A program made the position numbers and the translations under genes. Below are positions 57,843-64,000 of a stretch of 64,000 nt of DNA, in pieces; within the stretch, counting starts at the first letter, position 1; each line of letters begins with the position of its first letter. Under the pieces are notes generated by a model. The model was not told where the DNA came from. It did not search any database and worked only from the letters and a program-made list of their open reading frames with translations. This DNA is from Minisyncoccota bacterium (GTDB taxonomy: Bacteria > Patescibacteriota > Minisyncoccia > Phycocordibacterales > UBA2100), in NCBI GenBank assembly GCA_022842645.1, contig JALHPE010000001.1, positions 7,711 to 71,710 of the forward strand. Reading direction: 5' to 3'.

Positions 57843-58531
57843 ACTTCGTACACCACATCCTTACGTTCCACTATCACCTTCCACCCTTCGCGCTGCGCAT
57901 GGCGATACAGCTTCATGTTTGGATTGAAACAAATAGGGGTTTCGACAAGTTCAAGAAATGGTATGTCGCTTTCAGTATCTCCTACACCGATTGAGCCCTC
58001 GAGCGTCAATCCCTCTTTCTCAACTGCGCGGTGCACGATTGCAGCTTTATTGAAAATAAGATGCTCATCAACAATCTTTCCCGTAAAGGCTCCTTCGCCG
58101 CCTGTTTCGTAGATCGTGCCGTACACCTTATCGAACCCGAGGTGTGGACAAAATTTGTCGAGAATGGTTTTTGGAGAGTGCGAGACGGCAAGAAGAAAAA
58201 AGTCGTCCTGCTTTAGTTGTTTGAGCAGATCGCGTGTATAGCGATACACGCGCTTCGAGTGCTCTTCGACGACATGCTCTGCTGCATCGGCAAGAACCTG
58301 ATATTTGACTCCTTTCAAGTGTCGCAAAAACGCTTGCACAACTGCGTGAATGTATGCCTCGTAACCACCCTCGCGATTGAGCCACCGCTCGTGCTCAAAC
58401 TCAAACTCGTCGCGCGCCTCTTCTGGAAACGCTCCAACAAAGATAAGACGATCAACGATTTCTATTAAAAGCGACGAGCGGAAAATGGTGCCATCGACGT
58501 CAAAAATAGCTACTTTCTTGTTTTCGGACAT
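57839..58531 (-). CDS. HAD-IB family hydrolase
   Basis: FDVDGT, GDTESD, NP. Confidence 0.9.
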   Translation of the reverse strand: MSENKKVAIFDVDGTIFRSSLLIEIVDRLIFVGAFPEEARDEFEFEHERWLNREGGYEAYIHAVVQAFLRHLKGVKYQVLADAAEHVVEEHSKRVYRYTRDLLKQLKQDDFFLLAVSHSPKTILDKFCPHLGFDKVYGTIYETGGEGAFTGKIVDEHLIFNKAAIVHRAVEKEGLTLEGSIGVGDTESDIPFLELVETPICFNPNMKLYRHAQREGWKVIVERKDVVYEV

Positions 58532-58609
58532 GCACCCATACTACATGATGGGGACTTGGCTAAGAAGCGGATATGAGTATAGTGGTGCAAGCCCCGGCGA
58601 ATCGGGGAC

Positions 58610-58888
58610 ATGACGGTAAAGGAGATGGATATGTCGAAAACAAGCGATGCCATTTCGGCTTCTGTGCTCTCGCATCTCAAATCAGTTACCAAGGAATGCC
58701 AGTTTCGTGAATGGCTCCAGGTAATCCTCCAAGAAGACATCTCTAAATACCAAGATGAAATTACGATGGCGATTCAAGCGGCAGTGGAACGGCTTGGATT
58801 GAAACATTCCTGCGATGAAAACCTCGTCGAGCAGGCGCTTGAAAAACTGCAGGAATCGTCTCTTGTGAGAGAACCTGCCCATCTATAA
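58610..58888 (+). CDS. Hypothetical protein
   Basis: Fills gap; AAGGAG before internal ATG (start uncertain). Confidence 0.55.
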   Translation: MTVKEMDMSKTSDAISASVLSHLKSVTKECQFREWLQVILQEDISKYQDEITMAIQAAVERLGLKHSCDENLVEQALEKLQESSLVREPAHL

Positions 58889-58889
58889 T

Positions 58890-59558
58890 TCACGCTTGTG
58901 GCCATCTGCTTCCTGCAGGTGGCCACAGTTTTGTAAGTGCATGAGCAGAGCAGTCGTGTTTTCGCGCCTTACACACATACCGCCCGTAGAGCACGAGCCC
59001 GTTGTTTACATATTTCCAATCTTTTTTCGGAATAAGAGATTCAAGGTCGTGAGAAATCTTTTTAAGGTCGGTGTGGTTAGTTAAATCAAACTTGCGTGCA
59101 AAACGCTTCACGTGTGTGTCGGTTGGTATCCCCTCCCAAGTCTCATACAGTTCTCCGAGGATAACGTGTGCTGTTTTATAACCGACGCCCGGGAGTTTCT
59201 GGAGCTCCTGTGCCGTCCGTGGGACTTTGCCACGAAATCCGCCGGGCGGCGGAGCTGCGACGATTTTTGCGGCCAGGCGTATATGCCGCGCTTTGTTGCG
59301 GAAAAACGGAATCGTTGAAAGTTCTTTTTCAAATTGACGAGGGTCTGCATCTGCGAAATTTTTTGCAGTCTTATATTTTCTAAACAATGTTACAGTCACT
59401 TTATTTACCGCCTTATCGGTACACTGTGCAGAGAGTACAACCGCAACAAGAAATTGAAACGGTGTTTTGTAGTAGAGTTCGGTTTTGGGTGCTGGGTAAG
59501 TCTTTTTTAAAAAGCGTACAAGCGCACGTGCGCGCATCTCACGAACTGACACTCGCAT
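58890..59558 (-). CDS. nth: Endonuclease III
   Basis: LSAQCTD..VN, LPGVG.KTA, DTHV.R, GR.VC.AR. Confidence 0.92.
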   Translation of the reverse strand: MRVSVREMRARALVRFLKKTYPAPKTELYYKTPFQFLVAVVLSAQCTDKAVNKVTVTLFRKYKTAKNFADADPRQFEKELSTIPFFRNKARHIRLAAKIVAAPPPGGFRGKVPRTAQELQKLPGVGYKTAHVILGELYETWEGIPTDTHVKRFARKFDLTNHTDLKKISHDLESLIPKKDWKYVNNGLVLYGRYVCKARKHDCSAHALTKLWPPAGSRWPQA

Positions 59559-59563
59559 ATCGT

Positions 59564-59941
59564 TTAGGCAGTGACATTACCCCCGGAACTTTCCTCCCAA
59601 CGCTTTTTTAGAATGGGTTCCAAATCGCGAATCTTTTTTTCGATATCTTGAGGCAAGGTATCGGTTTTATTGAGGATGTGCTCTGCAATATCCACCAAGC
59701 GCAGTGCATCCCTTCGTATCAGAGGGGCGTTCAGTTTGTCTGCGACCAGAAGAAGATTAATAGAATTGTATACCTCATAAAAATCTTTGGATGTGATATT
59801 TGCATTTTCTTCTGCTTGCCGCATCGCCACCAGCTCATCCAACACCGCCGGCGCAACAATTTCTTCTATACGCCTGAGAGACTCCGCCCGCTTGCTTTTC
59901 CTTCGCTCAGCACCAAGATCTACAATCTTACCTTCTTCCAT
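59564..59941 (-). CDS. Hypothetical protein
   Basis: ATG ORF in operon-like run. Confidence 0.6.
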   Translation of the reverse strand: MEEGKIVDLGAERRKSKRAESLRRIEEIVAPAVLDELVAMRQAEENANITSKDFYEVYNSINLLLVADKLNAPLIRRDALRLVDIAEHILNKTDTLPQDIEKKIRDLEPILKKRWEESSGGNVTA

Positions 59942-59947
59942 ATGTTA

Positions 59948-60412
59948 TTAGCGAATGATAATAGGAATAGAAACTGACGCGGCGTTTTCAGGAAGCCCGG
60001 ACGCATTATCGTTTTTCAAAACTAACGTAGCAGGGCCAACATATCCTGGTATTGATACCGTGAATGCGAATGGTACGAACTCTGGTGTCATCCACTCCCC
60101 CTCTGCGGTTACAGGACCTTCTGCGATCAAGGCACCATTTACATCGAGTACTTCGTATGGAAAGTTTGCTTCAAAGTACCACCCGCCACGCGCCTCACCC
60201 TGCACACTGAAGACTGAAGACACAACCGCGCCCGGAAGCGGTGTGTCAACACGAATCCGATTGGTGTCTGCATTCTCGTAAACCGCTTGCGCTCGAGGAG
60301 TACTGTCTTGCTCTTCAATCGGCGTCGGCTCAGGCATTACAAAACCACCCATATACCATACGCCCGCCCCAAAGGAGACGATTGCGATGAGGAGCATGAC
60401 GATATATTTCAT
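59948..60412 (-). CDS. Gmad2 immunoglobulin-like domain protein
   Basis: N-terminal TM; V.GEARG.WYFEANF, WMT..FVPF, DNASG. Confidence 0.8.
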   Translation of the reverse strand: MKYIVMLLIAIVSFGAGVWYMGGFVMPEPTPIEEQDSTPRAQAVYENADTNRIRVDTPLPGAVVSSVFSVQGEARGGWYFEANFPYEVLDVNGALIAEGPVTAEGEWMTPEFVPFAFTVSIPGYVGPATLVLKNDNASGLPENAASVSIPIIIR

Positions 60413-60840
60413 GCCCCTAGTGTACCTCGTATACGTCGCTCGACAACGGCCGCAAGAAACACCGAAAGCGGGAGAAGTAATGTCATTTGTATAAGCGGCG
60501 AGACGGGAAGTCCCCAAATAAGGGGCATGGCGTCCGTATATTCCCAGCGCCCGAGCGCCATCGCTTTATATTCAACAAAAAGGGCAATCCAGAGCCCGAT
60601 GAGTGCAAGGCCTATTATTTCTCGAGGTTCGACCTTGAAAAACCAGGTGAGGGACCCCTTAAAGAGAGCAACGAGCCCAACAGCACCAAACGTATAGACA
60701 ACATCACCGATTGTCGCAAACACAAAGACCGGTAACACTCCCTCCATCGCCTCATATCCTGTATAGAGAACTATGTGGGAGCGCTCCCAAATGACGTGCA
60801 GCACGAACGCGGTGAGAACAAGTAGTGCGTACAAGCGCAT
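60409..60840 (-). CDS. Membrane hypothetical protein
   Basis: 4 TM; WE, GD, E..A...GRW.Y...MP. Confidence 0.75.
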   Translation of the reverse strand: MRLYALLVLTAFVLHVIWERSHIVLYTGYEAMEGVLPVFVFATIGDVVYTFGAVGLVALFKGSLTWFFKVEPREIIGLALIGLWIALFVEYKAMALGRWEYTDAMPLIWGLPVSPLIQMTLLLPLSVFLAAVVERRIRGTLGA

Positions 60841-60842
60841 AG

Positions 60843-61814
60843 CTAGAGCTTTGCAAGAACTTTGGCAAGCTTCTGCGGACTATGACGAATAAAGGAGCGT
60901 TGCAACACGTCTCCCTTTGCTTTCTTGGCAACACCATCAGCAAGCACATCGACTCCGATGTACTTTCGTGGATGTGCAAATGCGTTTTTATCAAAGCGAA
61001 CAGGCGTGCCTTCATCAGCGTATTTTTTGATAAGCGTAGCCGATGGCATTTTCGTGTTGTAAACAACGGTGTCAAAAACACCTTCTTTCCCGATTGTTGC
61101 CTCAAGAGCTCGAACATAATCGGCGACCGTAAAGTCGTCGGTGTGGCCGTGTCTATTCATAAGATTAGCGACATATACTTTTCGCGCTTTCGATTTTACA
61201 AACGCTTCGCTAAACCCTTGTACAAGGAAGTTGGGTATGAGCGACGTATACAAATCCCCTGGGCCTACAATGATGACATCTGCTTCTTTGAGAGCCGCGA
61301 GTGCCTTGGGGTGTATCTTTGCTTTCGGTTTGAGTGACATCTTCTTTACGCCAAACTTCGAAACCAACTGATACTCACCGAGAGCGTCTTCACCGGTGAT
61401 AACTTTTCCGTTTTTAAGTTCAGTTACAAGCTCCGCAGTGTCTAATGTCACAGGAATAACTTTCCCTTTGATGTTGAGAATGGTGCCAACAATCTCAAGT
61501 GCCTTATCAATAGATCCACTAATCTTCTCGAGCGTTGAAATGAAAATATTTCCAAAGTTGTGTCCCTCAAGACCACCGTTTTGATAGCGGTGACTGAAGA
61601 GTTTGCGCATTAAGGTTCCGCTCTCGCCGAGTGCGATGAGAGACTGGCGAAGATCCCCAGGAGGAAGCACCCCGAGTTCGTCGCGCAGGCGCCCGGTCGA
61701 GCCGCCGTCATCAAACATAGTTACGATCGCTGAGAGCTCAACGGGATAGCGCTTCAAGCCCAAAAGGACGGGAAATCGCCCCGTGCCACCCCCTATAGTG
61801 ACCACCTTTTTCAT
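60843..61814 (-). CDS. YvcK/GlmR (UPF0052) family protein
   Basis: IGGGTG, DDGGSTG.LR, PPGD.R, GH..GN, GPG.LYTS. Confidence 0.92.
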   Translation of the reverse strand: MKKVVTIGGGTGRFPVLLGLKRYPVELSAIVTMFDDGGSTGRLRDELGVLPPGDLRQSLIALGESGTLMRKLFSHRYQNGGLEGHNFGNIFISTLEKISGSIDKALEIVGTILNIKGKVIPVTLDTAELVTELKNGKVITGEDALGEYQLVSKFGVKKMSLKPKAKIHPKALAALKEADVIIVGPGDLYTSLIPNFLVQGFSEAFVKSKARKVYVANLMNRHGHTDDFTVADYVRALEATIGKEGVFDTVVYNTKMPSATLIKKYADEGTPVRFDKNAFAHPRKYIGVDVLADGVAKKAKGDVLQRSFIRHSPQKLAKVLAKL

Positions 61815-61930
61815 CCCGTTAGAAGTCGGGCGCGAACGAAAGACCGTCGCTCCAGACTTGGCTATGAATAATGAAATTTACGTGCATATGATATGTCTGT
61901 CTCCCGTCTGTCCACGACTTCTAACGGGAT
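61813..61930. mobile_element. MITE-like element with 16-bp terminal inverted repeats
   Basis: atcccgttagaagtcg / cgacttctaacgggat; GGATGA occurs at both ends on the minus strand. Confidence 0.65.
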
Positions 61931-62016
61931 TCATCCGGCCACTATACCTGTGCATAACGCTCTGCGCCACCCTTGCATCAAATACGTTAGTTGCTATGCT
62001 CTCTATACACCCCCAA

Positions 62017-62110
62017 TACATCAAGAGTGCGGTGAAGGTTCTGGCCTTTCGATCCGCCCCCAACCCCTCTTCCGAGGACGGTGGGAAACCAGTCCTTCGG
62101 GCAGATGCAC
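62017..62110 (+). promoter_or_regulatory. SAM-I-type riboswitch
   Basis: ATCAAGAG start, P2-loop CTGG pairing with CCAG, CAACC..GGTG P3, closing AGATG; upstream of metK. Confidence 0.85.
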
Positions 62111-62121
62111 TATTTAGATGT

Positions 62122-62145
62122 CTCCCGTATGGGAGCTTTTTATTT
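62122..62145 (+). terminator. Riboswitch expression-platform terminator
   Basis: ctccc-gtat-gggag-ctttttattt. Confidence 0.65.
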
Positions 62146-62148
62146 ACC

Positions 62149-62235
62149 AGTCTGTAGTGTGTAGTTTGTAGACTGTAGTCGAGAAATTCCTCGCAACGCA
62201 CATACTACAAACTACAATCTACTTTCTACAAACTA
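62149..62235. repeat. Inverted pair of heptamer tandem arrays in the metK leader
   Basis: agtctgtagtgtgtagtttgtagactgtagt ... actacaaactacaatctactttctacaaacta. Confidence 0.85.
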
Positions 62236-62240
62236 TTCAT

Positions 62241-63293
62241 ATGTTGCATTTACTGAACACCTATACAACTGAAAGCGTTACCAGTGGCCACCCTGACAAA
62301 GTGTGCGACCAGATTTCTGATGCAATTCTTGACGCATGCCTCGCGCAGGATCCAAAATCGCGTGTTGCGGTCGAGACGTTTGGCTCGCACGGAACTCTCA
62401 TGATTGGCGGCGAAGTCACCACGAACGCGAAGGTTGATATGAAGAAAATTGCAAACGAGGTATACAAATCCATCGGCTATACGCAGAAGTTAAAGATTCT
62501 TAACACCGTTGCGCGACAATCAAACGATATAGCACAAGGGGTGGACACCGGAGGCGCAGGTGACCAAGGCATCATGTATGGCTACGCAACCGACGAAACG
62601 AAAGAAATGCTCCCCCTCGGAGTTGTGCTTGCGCACGGACTTGCGCGCCGTCTCGAAAAACTTCGTCGTGACAAAACGCTTCCCTGGGCGCGCCCTGATG
62701 GGAAGACACAAGTGACTATCAAAAACGGAAAAGTGATAAACGCACTCTGCTCAACCCAGCACGCAAAAAACATTTCTCAAGAAGATATTCGCAAAGACCT
62801 CGTCAAACATCTCTTCAAGCCGATTCTGGGCAATTTGAAAGACATTGAAATCTTAGTCAATCCGACTGGAAAATTCGAGGTGGGAGGCTTTGAGGCGGAC
62901 GCTGGGCTTACGGGGAGAAAGATTATGGTTGATACGTATGGCGGACTCATGCCGCACGGTGGGGGCGCCTTCTCTGGAAAAGACGCGACAAAGGTAGATC
63001 GTTCAGCAGCCTACATGTGCCGCTTTGTTGCAAAAAACCTAGTCGCCAATGGCTACGGAAAGAAGGTATTAGTGACAGTCGCCTATGCAATTGGTCGCGT
63101 TGAACCGGTGATGGTGGAAGCGTTCAATGAGAAAGGAAAAGATCTTTCTAAGATCGTACAGAAGCACTTTGACTTCCGCCCACGCGCGATCATTGAACGC
63201 CTCGAACTTCGAAAGCCAGTATTCCGCGAAACCGCTGCCTATGGTCACTTTGGTGTCACAGGACGCTCGTGGGAGAAAATTGAGAAGATATAA
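62241..63293 (+). CDS. metK: S-adenosylmethionine synthetase
   Basis: ESV..GHPDK, GAGDQG, GLTGRK, GGGAFSGKD. Confidence 0.98.
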   Translation: MLHLLNTYTTESVTSGHPDKVCDQISDAILDACLAQDPKSRVAVETFGSHGTLMIGGEVTTNAKVDMKKIANEVYKSIGYTQKLKILNTVARQSNDIAQGVDTGGAGDQGIMYGYATDETKEMLPLGVVLAHGLARRLEKLRRDKTLPWARPDGKTQVTIKNGKVINALCSTQHAKNISQEDIRKDLVKHLFKPILGNLKDIEILVNPTGKFEVGGFEADAGLTGRKIMVDTYGGLMPHGGGAFSGKDATKVDRSAAYMCRFVAKNLVANGYGKKVLVTVAYAIGRVEPVMVEAFNEKGKDLSKIVQKHFDFRPRAIIERLELRKPVFRETAAYGHFGVTGRSWEKIEKI

Positions 63294-63309
63294 TCCTCTA
63301 AAACCGAGG

Positions 63310-63343
63310 ATGAAAAAGACTCCCTATTGGGAGTCTTTTTCAT
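63310..63343. terminator. Bidirectional terminator
   Basis: atgaaaaagactccc-tatt-gggagtctttttcat. Confidence 0.8.
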
Positions 63344-63704
63344 GGGATATCCCTTCTTTACTTGGTAGAAACGCAAGAGCGAGTGTTGCTGCGGTGAGAC
63401 CAAGATCGCGGACACCGATTGCGGTCGCGCCGATCTCTACGGTGATTACGAGAAGGTGGAGCGCGAGCGTGAGCGCGACCCAGCGCGTCCAGATATTGAG
63501 CGCAAGAAGCGCGCCGGCAATTACTTCAAATAAACCGTTCGCGAGCACAATAAATGCGGGAGGAATATTGAGGAAATTGACCGCCCACTCAGGAACCCAC
63601 GAGACCCAATTGAGTCCATCAAAAAGCTGAGAGAATCCAAACCACAGAAACACTACTGCAAGTCCGTATCGAAGAATGGCAAGACCGAGGCGTTCGTGTG
63701 TCAT
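63324..63704 (-). CDS. DoxX-family membrane protein
   Basis: LRYGLA.VFLWFG, G..E, RD.GL; 4 TM. Confidence 0.8.
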   Translation of the reverse strand: MTHERLGLAILRYGLAVVFLWFGFSQLFDGLNWVSWVPEWAVNFLNIPPAFIVLANGLFEVIAGALLALNIWTRWVALTLALHLLVITVEIGATAIGVRDLGLTAATLALAFLPSKEGISHEKDSQ

Positions 63705-63707
63705 ACA

Positions 63708-64000
63708 CTATTGCGCAAGAGCACCAATTTTAAAACCAAAGAGCATCTTTTCTTTGGCAGAATCGCCACCGTGCTGTCGATTGAATTTCAGACTACCATC
63801 TGTGCCACAGATCTGGAGAATTGCCTGTTCTCCACCGGGGTGCTTCGGAATCCATGAAGTGAGGTCATAGACGTTTCCATTTACTATAGACCAACAACTC
63901 GCACGCGTGCCATGCTGCGCCACGAGGGCGGCAGTCATGCCCGAGGGCGCAGGAGGAGGGTTTGCGGCAGTTTCTGAGCCGGCATTGGTATCGTCGCTTT
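63708..64000 (-). CDS. Cytochrome b5-like heme-binding domain protein (5' end outside window)
   Basis: CW....G.VYDLT.W...HPGG, CG.D, QH; frame open to the window edge. Confidence 0.88.
   Translation of the reverse strand, partial: SDDTNAGSETAANPPPAPSGMTAALVAQHGTRASCWSIVNGNVYDLTSWIPKHPGGEQAILQICGTDGSLKFNRQHGGDSAKEKMLFGFKIGALAQ

Noticed and set aside
1-64000. CRISPR array or cas genes
   Set aside because: No regularly spaced 23-47-bp direct repeats; heptamer arrays have no spacers

Overview
64-kb bacterial chromosomal window (genetic code 11). Gene content and streamlining suggest a Patescibacteria/CPR (Parcubacteria-like) genome; this is inference. It carries housekeeping genes (ftsA, ftsZ, trxB, sua5, tsaD, valS, lepA, murJ, nrdAB, htpX, lemA, groESL, secG, rnj, mutY, nth, yvcK-like, metK), seven tRNAs without encoded CCA, RNase P RNA and a SAM-I-type riboswitch before metK. 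Accessory content: (i) an AT-rich ~4.6-kb island at tRNA-Glu with a large serine recombinase whose C-terminus is read from the tRNA antisense strand, a terminase-small-subunit-like gene, a KAP P-loop NTPase and a structured non-coding segment; (ii) small structured elements with the layout target / inverted target copy / GAAAG-starting core / target copy at tRNA-Ser, tRNA-Glu and the lepA start; (iii) two secreted proteins (3287 aa and ~866 aa) sharing an Ig-like domain and a near-identical Cys-rich C-terminal tag, the larger with putative peptidoglycan-hydrolase domains; (iv) heptamer tandem repeats inside and between core genes; (v) a free-standing LAGLIDADG ORF. Also notable: a class Ic-type NrdB, MutY/Nth with lost or degenerate Fe-S motifs, a channel with a TLDAWSD filter, and many -10 boxes 6-7 nt before ATG (leaderless mRNAs). 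No CRISPR array or rRNA seen. All family assignments are by eye from motifs; no database search was run.
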